Assembly: GCF_964355755.1 (NCBI RefSeq)
Contig: NC_092677.1
Location: 15,956,101-16,020,100 of the forward strand
DNA: 64,000 nt
Origin: Antedon mediterranea
Lineage: Eukaryota > Animalia > Echinodermata
Direction: 5' to 3'
Shown: in pieces, positions 1-13,073 of the stretch
Layout: each line of letters starts with the position of its first letter
Numbering within the stretch: position 1 is the first letter of the stretch
Notes under the pieces: model-generated
Databases searched by the model: none
Told to the model about the DNA's origin: nothing
The model's input: only the letters and a program-made list of their open reading frames with translations
Position numbers and translations under genes: made by a program

Positions 1-3000
1 TCTACAAACAACTAAACTGAACTGAATTGCTGTGTTTAATTGTGTCCTACAACCAACTAAACTAAACTGAATTGCTCTGTTTCATTTTGTTCTACAAACA
101 ACTAAACTGAACTGAGCTGAACTGCTGTGTTTAATTGTGTCCTAAAACCAACTAAACTAAACTGAATTGCTCTGTTTAATTGTGTCCTACAACCAACTAA
201 ACTAAACTGAATTGCTCTATTTAATTGTGTCCTAAAACCAACTAAACTAAACTGAATTGCTCTGTTTAATTGTGTCCTACAACCAACTAAACTAAACTGA
301 ATTGCTCTGTTTAATTGTGTCCTACAACCAACTAAACTAAACTGAATTGCTCTGTTTAATTGTGTCCTACAACCAACTAAACTGAATTACTCTGTTTAAT
401 TGTGTCCTACAGCCAACTAAGCTAAATTAGAATTGCTGTGTTTAATGTTGTTCTACAACCAAATAAAATAAACTGAATTACTCTGTTAAATTGTGTCCTA
501 CAACCAACTAAACTAAACTGAATTTCTCTGTTTATTTTTTTCTAAACTAAACTGAACTGCTGTGTTTAATTGTGTCCTAAAACCAACTAAACTAAATTTC
601 TCTGTTTAATTACTAAACTAAACTGCGCTGCTGTGTTAAATTGTGTTCTACAACCAACTAAACTAAACTAAGCTGCTGTGTTTAATTTTGTCCTACAACC
701 AACTAAACTAAACTGAATTCCTGTGTTTAATTTTGCCCTTAACAACTAACTAAACTGAACTGCATTGCTGTGTTTAAATTTCTCATACAACCAACTAAAC
801 TGAACTGCATTCCTATGTTTAATTTTGCCCTTAACAACTAACTAAACTGAACTGCATTGCTGTGTTTAAATTTCTAATACAACCAACTAAACTGAACTGC
901 ATTCCTATGTTTAATTTTGCCCTTAACAACTAACTTAATTGAACTGCATTCCTGTGTTTAAATTTCTCATACAACCAACTAAACTGAACTGCATTCCTAT
1001 GTTTAATTTTGCCCTTAACAACTAACTAAACTGAACTGCATTGCTGTGTTTAAATTTCTCATACAACCAACTAAACGGAACTGCATTCCTATGTTTAATT
1101 TTGCCCTTAACAACTAACTAAACTAAACTGCATTGCTCTGTTTAAATTTCTCCTACAACCAACTAAAATTAACTGCATTCCTGTGTTTAATTTTGCCCTA
1201 AACAACTAACTAAACTGAACTGCATTGCTGTGTTTAAATTTATCCTACAACCAATAGATCAAACTACAATGTACTCTTAATTGTGCTCTACAATAACTGT
1301 ACCCCTACACATGTCTAAATACTTGAATGTCCTGTATTATTGGATTGTTCTATAGATGATTTCTCAACCAATTATACTGTTAGATTTGTTTAAAATATGT
1401 ACTCCCAAATGGGTTCTATAAGAACTCTACCCCTACACATGTTTAACTACTTGAATGTGCTGTAATATTGTGTTGTCTAATAGATTAGATAGATAGATTT
1501 CTCAACCAATTATTCTGTTAGATTTGTCTCAAATATTTACTCTTAATTGTGTCCTATAACCTGAACTGCTGTGTTTAATTTTGTCCTACAACCAACTAAA
1601 CTAAACTGAATTGCTCTGTTTAATTTTGTTCTACAACCAACTTAAATAAACTTCTCTATTTAATTTTGTCTTACAACCAACTAAACTAAACTGAATTGCT
1701 ATGTTTAATTGTGTCTTACAACCAACTAAACTAAACTGAATTACAAAAGTCTAAATATTTGAATGTTCTGTATTATTGTGTTGTCTACTAGACAATTTCT
1801 TAACCAGTTATACTTTTAGATTTGTCTAAAATATGTACCCTTAATGATGTTCTATAATAACTGTACCCCTACACATGTCTAAATATTTGAATGCTCTGTA
1901 TTATTGTTTTGGCTAATAGATGAATTGCTTTGTTTAATTGTGTCCTACAACCAACTAATCTAAACTGAATTGCTCGGTTTAATTTTGTTCTACAACCAAC
2001 TAGACTAAACTGAAATGCTGTGTTTAATTGTGTCCTACAACCAACTAAACTAAACTAAACTGAATTGCTCTGTTTAATTGTGTCCTACAACCAACTAAAC
2101 TAACCTGAATTGCTCTGTTTAATTGTGTCCTACAACCAACTAAACTAAACTGAATTGCTCTGTTTAATTGTGTCCTACAACCAACTAAACTAAACTGAAT
2201 TGCTGTGTTTAATTGTGTCCTACAACCAACTAAACTAAACTGAATTGCTCTGTTTAATTGTGTCCTACAACCAACTAAACTAAACTGAATTGCTGTGTTT
2301 AATTGTGTCCTACAACCAACTAAACTAACCTGAATTGCTCTGTTTAATTGTGTCCTACAACCAACTAAACTAAACTGAATTGCTGTGTTTAATTGTGTTC
2401 TACAACCAACTAAACTAAACTGAATTGCTCTGTTTAATTGTGTCCTACAACCAACTAAACTAAACTGAATTGCTGTGTTTAATTGTGTCCTACAACCAAC
2501 TAAACTAAACTGAATTGCTGTGTTTAATTGTGTCCTACAACCAACTAAACTAAACTGAATTGCTGTGTTTAATTGTGTCCTACAACCAACTAAACTAAAC
2601 TGAATTGCTCTGTTTCATTTTGTTCTACAAACAACTAAACTGAACTGAATTGCTGTGTTTAATTGTGTCCTACAACCAACTAAACTAAACTGAATTGCTC
2701 TGTTTCATTTTGTTCTACAAACAACTAAACTGAACTGAGCTGAACTGCTGTGTTTAATTGTGTCCTAAAACCAACTAAACTAAACTGAATTGCTCTGTTT
2801 AATTGTGTCCTACAACCAACTAAACTAAACTGAATTGCTCTGTTTAATTGTGTCCTAAAACCAACTAAACTAAACTGAATTGCTCTGTTTAATTGTGTCC
2901 TACAACCAACTAAACTAAACTGAATTGCTCTGTTTAATTGTGTCCTACAACCAACTAAACTAAACTGAATTGCTCTGTTTAATTGTGTCCTACAACCAAC

Positions 3001-6000
3001 TAAACTGAATTACTCTGTTTAATTGTGTCCTACAGCCAACTAAGCTAAATTAGAATTGCTGTGTTTAATGTTGTTCTACAACCAAATAAAATAAACTGAA
3101 TTACTTTGTTAAATTGTGTCCTACAACCAACTAAACTAAACTGAATTTCTCTGTTTATTTTGTTCTAAACTAAACTGAACTGCTGTGTTTAATTGTGTCC
3201 TAAAACCAACTAAACTAAATTTCTCTGTTTAATTACTAAACTAAACTGTGCTGCTGTGTTAAATTGTGTTCTACAACCAACTAAACTAAACTAAGCTGCT
3301 GTGTTTAATTTTGTCCTACAACCAACTAAACTAAACTGAATTGCTCTGTTTAATTTTGTTCTACAACCAACTAAACTAAAGTGCTGTGATTGTGTCCTAC
3401 AACCAACTAAACTAAACTGAACTGCTATGATTGTGTCCTACAACCAAAAATGTCTCAACCAATTATACTGTTAGATTTTTCTAAAATATGTAATCCTAAT
3501 TGTGTTCTATAATAACTATTACCCCTACACATGTCTAACTACTTGAATGTCCTAAATTATTGGGTTGTTTAATGGATGATTTTTCAACCAATTATACTTT
3601 TAGATTTGTCTAAAATATGTACTCTTAATTGTGTTCTATAATAACTGTACCCCTATACCTATCTAAGTACTTGAATGTCCTGTATTTTTTAGTTGTTCTA
3701 CAGATGATTTCTCAACCAATTTTACTGTTAGATGTGCTGTGTTTTATTTTGCCCTAAACAACTAACTAAATTAAACTGCATTCCTCTGTTTAATTTTGTG
3801 GTAAGTAATTAACTAAACTGAATTCCTTGTTTAACTTTGTCCTAAAGCAACTAACTAAACTGAACTGCATTGCTGTGTTTAAATTTCTCATACAACCAAC
3901 TAAACTGAACTGAACCGCATTGCTGTGTTTAAATTTCTCATACAACCAACTAAACTGAACTGCATTGCTGTGTTTAAATTTCTCATACAACCAATTAAAC
4001 TGAACTGCATTGCTGTGTTTAAGTTTCTCATACAACCAACTAAACTGAACTGCATTCCTATGTTTAATTTTGCCCTTAACAACTAACTAAACTGAACTGC
4101 ATTGCTGTGTTTAAATTTCTCATACAACCAACTAAACTGAACTGCATTCCTGTGTTTAATTTTGCCCTTAACAACTAACTAAACTGAACTGCATTGCTGT
4201 GTTTAAATTTCTCATACAACCAACTAAAACTACTTGAATGTCCTGTATTATTGTGTTGTCCAATAGATGATTTCTCAACCAATTACACTGTCAGATTTGC
4301 TGTTTTATTTTGCCCTAAACAACTAACTAAACTGAACTGTATTGCTATGTTTAAATTTCACCTACAACCAACTAAACTGAACTGCAATCCTGTGTTTAAT
4401 TTTGCCCTAAACATCTAACTAACCTGAACTGCATTGCTGTGTTTAAGTTTCTCATACAACCAACTAAACTGAACTGCATTCCTATGTTTAATTTTGCCCT
4501 TAACAACTAACTAAACTGAACTGCATTGCTGTGTTTAAATTTCTCATACAACCAACTAAACTGAACTGCATTCCTGTGTTTAAGTTTGCCCTTTGCACTA
4601 CTTGAATGTCCTGTATTATTGTGTTGTCCAATAGATGATTTCTCAACCAATTACACTGTCAGATTTGCTGTTTTATTTTGCCCTAAACAACTAACTAAAC
4701 TGAACTGTATTGCTATGTTTAAATTTCACCTACAACCAACTAAACTGAACTGCAATCCTGTGTTTAATTTTGCCCTAAACATCTAACTAACCTGAACTGC
4801 ATTGCTGTGTTTAAATTTCTTCTACAACCAATTGATAAAAACTACAATTTACTCTTAATTTGTGTTCTATAATAACTTTACCCCTACACATGTCTAACTA
4901 CTTGAATGTCCTGTATTATTGGGTTGTTCAATAGATAATTTCTCAATCAATTAGACTTTTAGATTTGTCTAAAATATGTACTCTTAATTGTGTTCTATAA
5001 TAACTTTACCCCTACACATGTCTAACTACTTGAATGTTCTGTATTATTGGGTTGTTCAATAGATAATTTCTCAACCAATTACACTGTTAGATTTGTTGTT
5101 TTATTTTGCCCTAAACAACTAACTAAACTGAACTGCATTGCTGTGTTTAAATTTCTTCTACAACCAATTGATAAAAACTACAATTTACTCTTAATTGTGT
5201 TCTATAATAACTGTACCCCTACACATGTCTAACTACTTGAATGTCCTGTATTATTGGGTTGTTCAATAGATGATTTTTCAACAAATAGTACTGTTAGATT
5301 TGTCTAAAATATGTACTCTTAATTGTGCTCTATAATAACTGTCCCCCTACACATGTCTGACTACTTTAATGTCCTGTATTATTGGGTTGTTCAATAGATG
5401 ATTTCTCAACCAATTACACTGTTAGATTTGTTGTTTTATTTTGCCCTAAACAACTAACTAAACTGAACTGTATTGCTGTGTTTATATTTCACCTACAATT
5501 CCAACTAAACTGAACTGCAATCCTGTGTTTAATTTTGCCCTAAACAACTAACTAAACTGAACTGCATTGCTGTGTTTAAATTTCTTCTACAACTAACTAA
5601 ACTGAACTGCATTGCTGTGTTTAAATTTCTCATACAACTAACTAAACTGAACTGGATTCCTGTGTTTAATTTTGCCATAAACAACTAACTAACCTAAACT
5701 GCATTGCTGTGTTTAAATTTCTTCTACAACCAATTGATAAAAACTACAATTTACTCTTAATTGTGTTCTATAATAACTGTACCCCTACACATGTCTAACT
5801 ACTTGAATGTCCTGTATTATTGGGTTGTTCAATAGATAAACTGAATTGCTCGGTTTAATTTTGTTCTACAACCAACTAAACTAAACTACATTGTTGTGTC
5901 TACATTTGTCCTTCAACAATTAACCAAACTAAACTATGTTCACTTTTGTTTCACAACCAACTAAATTCCATTGCTGTGTTTAAATTTGTCCTACAGTACA

Positions 6001-6300
6001 ATTAACTAAACTATACTAAACTGAATTGATGTTTTTAATTGTTTTCCTATACAGAAAATAACTAAACTGAACTGTATTCCCCTGTTTAAATATGTTCTAC
6101 AACCAACTAAACTACATTGCTGCTTCTAATTTTTCCCTACAGTAAATAACTAAACTAAACTGTATTCCTTAGTTTAATTTTGTCCTACAACAACTAACTG
6201 AACTGTATTGCTGTTTTTAATTTTTCCCTACAGTAATTAACTAAACTGACTGCATTTCTGAGTTTAACTTTAGTCTAGTACAAGAAGATTTAATTTGTTC
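1..6300. repeat. Composite satellite array: 45-bp units, a 45+47-bp dimeric variant and ~125-bp units
   Basis: Unit AACTAAACTAAACTGAATTGCTCTGTTTAATTGTGTCCTACAACC recurs with 45-bp period (e.g. 2041-2620). A variant AACTAAACTGAACTGCATT.. forms a 92-bp dimer (720-1250, 3850-4580). A ~125-bp unit ..CCCCTACACATGTCTAACTACTTGAATGTCCTGT.. is interspersed. The array runs off the left edge. Confidence 0.97.
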
Positions 6301-9300
6301 TACATTAAATACAAGCTATTCTAAAAGGTGTTTTGTGTATGTTGGTGTGTGAGTGTGTTTATGTATGGTTAGTAGATAAATGAAACATTGTTAGTAAATT
6401 AAAGCAAAACATTTATAATGAGTTTACTGATTACCTTAATTATTAATAAGCCATTAACTTGTAAGTGAAGTGGAGGATGTCTAAAACCACAGCAGTAACT
6501 GAAAAAAAAATGAAAAAGCACATTTTAATAAACATTAGAAGTTGTCTAAAAAAAAGTTTTAATTTTGGGTTTGAAATGTAATACTTTACTAACAATTCTC
6601 AGATGTGTTACATTACACTTTTCTCGCTTCATTTTTAATTGTAAATGTATTTGCTTTGTATTGGCTTTAGAATTAATTTAAGAAACCTGTTAAATTACAT
6701 TTCTAGCCATTGACTTGGGTGCTTTGTTGTATTTAACTGGGCTTAAAATTGTTTAATGGTCATCTTGTTTTAACATGAATTAATGTGTATGAAAATAAGA
6801 CTATTAGTTATATTCAACCATCTCCTTTTTTTCCTTCCTAAATGTATTATTCATCTTGTTTCCACTTCCACTTCTAGATTATCCTCTTTCTTATCCATTA
6901 TCACTGTTTAAAAAAAACCCATTATATTTAGTCATTAGTATACAGTACTAATAAAACTAATAACATTTTTAATGCATTATTCATTTTTATGACCTAAACA
7001 GACTGTATTTCTGTGTATCATATATTGTGATTTTTAACAATGTACCCAAACAAGAACAGCTGATATAGAAGGGAAAGCTAAATTGAATTTGGGCATTTCA
7101 AATTAACTACTTTTTTACTGTCTTTTGTAATTGTGTTGTCAACTAATCACATTAGACATTTTGTTTGATAAATGTAATGTAAATTTAATTTCTAATTGTA
7201 CTGCTACAATTATTACTATTATCTGATGGTTTAAAGCGTGAAGCAATATTGAGATGACCAATTACCTTTAAAAGACATCAAATTGTGAAGTAAGACTTGT
7301 TGAAAGCAACAATACTTGGTACTAATCATAGCAGAGGCTGAAAATATAATTAATAAAAAAAATATGTGAATAAACATTTTTACTTGTAGTACTAGCATTT
7401 TTTTTATTATCATTTTTCCACCTAAATTACCTCTTTATTTTACATTTACTCTATTTCAATACTATATGTTATTAGTTTGACTGGCCTCATTACATGTCCT
7501 ACCATTGATTTCATCCTTTATTGTAATATAAAATATTAATTTAATTGATTGTTTTAATGTAAGGTATGATTTTAGTCATATATTCAACCATATATTTTCT
7601 GCTCCTTCATCTTGTTATTTTCCTCTCTTCTAGACCTTTTTTCCATTTGTACCATCATGTTTTTCACTGAAAAAAAAAACTGAATACAGTCAACACCAAC
7701 AGCATTCAATAGTTACTATTTTAAGAAATCTCTTTTGTTACCACTAGGCCTACTACCATTATTTGCATTGAATTATTATTATTTATTACTTTATTTATAA
7801 TTTTAAGGAGTAATTGTTATTTTTATGACCTAAAAATAATTGTATTTTCATATGTTGTTAGTAACATTAAAACGTTGATTAAGCATGGGACTTAAAATAC
7901 CTGAAGTTAAGTTGAGTTTTGAGTCATCAGAAATTGAATAGGCTAGTTGATTGAATACTCCAAACCGGACACTAAAACTAAAAATTTATTTGCATTATAA
8001 TATAAGTCATATAGTATTTTTAATTCATGAAAATAGTATTACAAAATTATGTTTAAAATATTTACGATGGATGCTTGATTACTGATTTAATGCGGGGCTT
8101 GTTCTAACTAAACTAAACTGCTGTGTTTAATTGTGTCCTACAACAAACTCCTAATTGTGTCCTATAATAACTGTACCCCTACACATGTCTAACTACTTGA
8201 ATGTCTTGTATTGTTGGGTTGTTTTATAGATGATTTCTCAACCAATTATACTTTCAGATTGTCTAAAATATTTACTCCTAATTGTGTTCTATAACTGTAC
8301 CCCTACACATGTCTAACTACTTGAATGTCCTGTATTGTTGAGTGATTTAATAGATGATTTCTCAACCAATTACACTTTCAGATTGTCTAAAATATGTACT
8401 CTTAATTGTCTTCTATAATAACTGTACCACTACACATGTCTAACTACTTGAATGTCCTGTATTATTGGTTTGTTTAATAGATGATTTCTCAACCAATTAT
8501 ACTTTCAGATTGTCTAAATATGTACTCTTAATTGTGTTCTATAATAACTGTACCCCTATACATGTCTAACTAGTTTAATGTTGTGTCAATAAATGATTTC
8601 TAAACCAATTTTTTCCTACAATTAACTAAATAAACTGCAATGTTTATGTGTTTATTTTTTCCTACAGTAAATAACTAAACTGAACTGTATTGCTGTGTCT
8701 GCATTTGTAATACAACAATTAACCAAACTGTTCATTTTTGTCCAACAACCAACTAAAACTAAACTTCATTCCTCTGTTATTTTTTTTCCCTATACAGTAA
8801 ATATAAACTAAACTGAACTGTATTCCTCCGTTTAATTTTAAGCAACTAACTAAGCTTTATTGATGTTGAATTTTGTCCTACAACTAATAAGCCTAGATCA
8901 AACTTTTGTTGTGTTTAATTTTGTCCTACAACTACATTGTTATGTTTAATTTTGTCCTACATTAAATACAAGCTATTCTAAAAGGTGTTTTGTGTATGTT
9001 GGTGTGTGAGTGTGTTTATGTATGGTTAGTAGATAAATGAAACATTGTTAGTAAATTAAAGCAAAACATTTATAATGAGTTTACTGATTACCTTAATTAT
9101 TAATAAGCCATTAACTTGTATGTGAAGTGAAGGATGTTTGAAACCACAGCAGTAACTGAAAAATGAAAAAGCACATTTTAATAAACATTAGAAGTTGTCT
9201 AAAATAAAAGTTTTAATTTTGTATTTTATTTATATTATATTTCTAACAATTCTGAGTGTTACATTACACTTTTCTCACTTCATTTTAATTGTCAATGTAT

Positions 9301-9910
9301 TTGCTTTGTATTGGCTTTAGAATTAATTTAAGACACCTGTTAAATTACATTTCATGGCATTGACTTGAGTGCTTTGTTGTATTTAATTGGGCTTAAAATA
9401 GTTTAATAGTCATTTTGTTTTAACATGAATTAATGTGTATGAAAATCGCCATACAGATAAGTATACCATATTTTTCCTGCTCCTTCATCTTGTTATTTTC
9501 CTCTCTTCTAGATATATTTTTCTCCATTTGTACCATAATGTGTTTCACTGAAAAAAAAACTGAATACAGTCAACACCAACAGTATTTAATAGTTACTATT
9601 TCATAACATCTCTTTTGCTACCATTATTTGGATTGAATTAATGTTTATTTATAGTTTTAAGGAGTAATTGTTATTTTCAAATGTTGTTAGTCACATTAAA
9701 CATAAGTTGAATAAGCTTGGGACTTAAAATACCTGAAGTTAAGTTGATTATTGAGTCATCAGAAATTGAGTAGTTGATTGAATAATCCAAACCGGACACT
9801 AAAACTAAAAATTAATTTGCTTTGTATTTGTAAATCATAATAGTATGTTTAATTCGTGAATGTTAAAAATATTTGGGATGGATGCTTGATTTAATGCAGG
9901 GATTGTTCTA
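6290..9910. repeat. Local duplication of non-satellite sequence (6290-8105 vs 8945-9910)
   Basis: TACATTAAATACAAGCTATTCTAAAAGGTG at 6301 recurs at 8958. The copies stay colinear to ~8105/9910, and the right copy lacks ~6815-7590. Confidence 0.92.
8100..8955. repeat. Second, shorter block of the same satellite
   Basis: About four tandem ~125-bp units at 8150-8600, followed by degenerate 45-bp units. Confidence 0.93.
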
Positions 9911-9959
9911 AGCTAGCTGTTAATGATGTAGAAGGGAAACCTACAGTACACCTTCTGTA

Positions 9960-10500
9960 AAAATGTCTAGGCTAGGCCTATGCTAGAAGTCAGATAGGCC
10001 CTAACATACATAATGTAGGCTAGGTAGGGCCTAGAAAACTGTCAAAGCCTTTACTAGAGGTTCTAGCCTAGGCCTAGTCTAGTTTTAGGATGTAGGCTAC
10101 ATCTAGGCCTAGGCAGGCTTCTAGCACTGAGTACTACCTCTAGGCCTAGCCTAGCCTAAGACAGGCTAGGTAGGAGTAGGCTAGGCCTACTAGGCCTAGG
10201 CCCTTAGGCCTAGTAAGCTTGGCTTCCAGGCTAAAGCTATAAATAATAGGCCATGCTTATTTCTAGACATAGGCCTAGTCAGTGCCTATCCTATGCCTAG
10301 ATTCCAGAAAAGTTAGGTCTAGGCCTACTCTGTTTATGGACTTACAAACCTGTAAACAGACACTAGGGCCTAGGCCTAATGTAGACCGAGGCCTAAGCGG
10401 TAAGCCTAATTAGGCCGCCTGGGCCGGGCGCAGCAGCCCCCCGGCTGCACACAAGGTTTGGCATTTTATGTGCATCATAGACCTAAGGCCTAGGCCCCTA
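9960..10500. promoter_or_regulatory. TAGGCCTA/CTAG-rich low-complexity tract, probably promoter-proximal
   Basis: Dozens of AGGCCT/TAGGCTAG motifs plus a GC patch at 10410-10450, lying just inside the proposed first exons. Confidence 0.5.
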
Positions 10501-11976
10501 ATTTACCTCTCATAGATTACCGCCAGAGAGTCAGATAACAACATTAAATATATAACATTGAACTATAACTATTTAAAAATCTATATTACAACAAAAATAA
10601 ATAAAAACTTACGGTATACCTGGTTTATCTATAGTTTGCTGTAGGCTGTCGATGCTGTTGGGCCTAGGATGCTGTGGTTCCAGTGAAAATGCTTAGGATT
10701 TTTAAATTTCGTGACATTTAATCGCCAATTTAATTGTTTTAAAACTATATAAATCAATAAAATCAACGTGTGGTGGATGCAGAATGTTTTAATGATTACA
10801 CACATTAAAGGAATTTTTGTTTCTAAAATGTTAAACAAAATAAATCGTAATTTAATACAAGACCTGCCACAAGTCCTTAAATTTGAAACGTTTTCCAATT
10901 TTAAAATGATAACAAAATTCCGAAAAATTGTAATATATACTTTTAAAATAATCATTTGCTAACTAAATGATGACTAATAATGAAAATAAAGCTTTTCATT
11001 ATGTAAATTGCAATTTAATGATAATAAAGATATTTTAATAAGTCATTTTACATTTATAATAAACTTTGAGTGAACGAGACAATTATATTTGAGTTCTAGC
11101 GACCACAAAATCTAAAAAAAGTCGGTTTTTATTAAAAATATAAACACGCTTAAATTCAAAAAATCAAAATAGCAGATCGATAGTATGTTAAACATAGACT
11201 AACATACCTAAAAATAGTTTGTTTTCGTAAAGTAACCACGTTGTAAAAGCATTTTCAAAATTAAGAAAATACGTAGCAAACGGCCAAAATGAGCAATATT
11301 TTTTTAATATCTCCGAATTTTTTTAGTTTTATAAATCCAAATTTGGCACACATAATCCAACAATATATATGAACACATTGTACAAAAATTACATTTATTG
11401 AGTAAATACGTTAAACGCAATGACTATTTGAGTTTTGGTACGTAGCAAAATGACATCCCAATTTTTCGCGAAAAAATTCAATATAGAATTATTTTTTTAA
11501 AGTAACTTAAAATTAAGATAAATCGATGAAATTTCGTATACACGTTCTTTATATGATCTTCTATCGTATACAACAAAGAAATTTCAAATCGGATAAGTAA
11601 AAAAAAAATTAGAAGTTCAAGACGGTTTAGGTTGGTTGTTGTCAAATCAGGCCTATCAAAACTACTACCCGATAAGTAGGCATGATTCAGAAACCAATAT
11701 TTCAAAAAGTGCGTGATAAGAAAATATAAGCTGATGATAGGGTAAACTCTATTAAATTGTCTTTATAAATGTGGTTATCCGATCAAATTTCGATCATTTT
11801 TACAAAAGTTATCGTAATTTAAAAATTTAAATTCTCAAGACGCTTTTGGCCGTTTGCTCCTATCGATGAGCAATGTAATTGAATAGGAAAACATATACGT
11901 TACAGGTCAAAATGCAAAGTAGCAAAGGCCATTTGAGAAATAGCACTATATATCCATCGTAGCAAAGGCCGTTGAG

Positions 11977-12082
<106 letters not shown>

Positions 12083-12219
12083 GTATATATATATAAATCC
12101 AAAGACAAATTACTGAAAAAAATGACAATGCTGTGGGTATCAGTGGCTGGATCTCAATGGAGATACAAAAATAAAAAGCGAAAAGCTAAATCAAAACGAT
12201 AAAGTAAACAGCCAGAAAA

Positions 12220-12262
12220 GTTAGCAGAGCTTTCGGGCAACACTAGCCCTTCATCAGTGAAG
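12220..12262 (-). ncRNA. Minimal hammerhead ribozyme motif (Penelope-like terminal repeat type)
   Basis: Minus strand reads ca-CTGATGA-a-GGGC-tagtgtt-GCCC-GAAA-gcTC-tg: CUGANGA and GAAA cores, a 4-bp stem II and a palindromic AGCT at stem III. Confidence 0.75.
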
Positions 12263-12371
12263 GCAAGAGGCAAAGAACATTAATTCTAAACCGCCCGGAT
12301 ATATACTGATATACTTAATTAATTAATTTGAAATGATAAAGATGAGGAAATCTGTGAGAATGAGAAAAAGT

Positions 12372-12443
12372 CGCCCCAACCGAGACGCGAACTCGGACCA
12401 CCTGCTTGATATGCAGATGTCCTAACCATTAGACCACTGGGGT
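12372..12443 (-). mobile_element. tRNA-derived module (SINE head or tRNA pseudogene)
   Basis: CCCCAG..TTGGGG acceptor-like stem, A-box TGGTCTAATGG, CTGC/GCAG stem around a 7-nt loop, B-box-like GAGTTCGCGTC, followed by TTTTT. The anticodon and T loops are non-canonical. Confidence 0.7.
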
Positions 12444-13073
12444 TTTCATGGTATTGTTCGAACTCGATTGGATAAGGACTCTTTAACATTCTCGGCGTGG
12501 TACGGCGGAACAGCACTAGTCCCCAGTTGTACGCACGCGCAACAGAGATCAAATTGATACGCCCTCATCTTTCAGTATTTTTATTCACGATATTTCATAA
12601 GACCAGTTAAAATTGGATAAAGTGCAGTGATTAAATAGAAATTGTCCCTTTTTTTTATATATATTATTAGTTTATGTGTTTTTTTCTTCGTATTGTTTTT
12701 AATGTTATGGTAGGTCAAACTTAAAGTCATTCTGACTCTCCCCCACATGACTGAACTACTTTTCATTGTATTTATATGCAATTTTATATATGTATGTTAT
12801 TTTGAGAAAAAAATTGAAAAATTAATTGAAATTAATTTTAAACACATGAGGTGGCATTTATTTTGTCATATTATACTTCTGTAAAATGTAAATTGATGCG
12901 ATTTAAATCTATTCAACTTTATAGTAGGCGTACTGTATGTATAGTAGAGACCTTTTACCATTATATCCTATATTATACTCTTCAAATAGTACATTGAATA
13001 AACCATGGTGCAATGTAATAAAAGTATAAGTTGTTATCGTTATTGTTATATTATTTTGATTCTTACGTTATAG

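Larger units (their letters stand above)
6435..10690 (-). ncRNA. Putative spliced non-coding transcript or multi-exon 5' UTR
   Basis: Minus-strand segments bounded by polypyrimidine-AG and GT(A/R): ~10690-10613, 10568-10507, 9804-9733, ~9547-9466, 9155-9092, 7977-7901, ~7667-7590, 6498-6435. No sustained ORF is visible. Confidence 0.4.

Noticed and set aside
3790-5232. Repetitive ORFs in the satellite
   Set aside because: They are translations of tandem units with chance open frames. Neighbouring units contain stops and there is no gene structure.
1-6300. CRISPR-like appearance of the arrays
   Set aside because: Contiguous tandem units without unique spacers, in eukaryotic DNA with no cas genes.
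6435-10690. snoRNA host gene hypothesis
   Set aside because: I could not find correctly spaced intronic C/D boxes with terminal stems by eye. The TGATGA seen lies inside a predicted exon. A proper search is needed.
12372-12443. Functional tRNA gene
   Set aside because: The anticodon loop (ATATCAA) and T-loop (TTCGCGT) are non-canonical and it sits inside a repeat, so it is treated as tRNA-derived.
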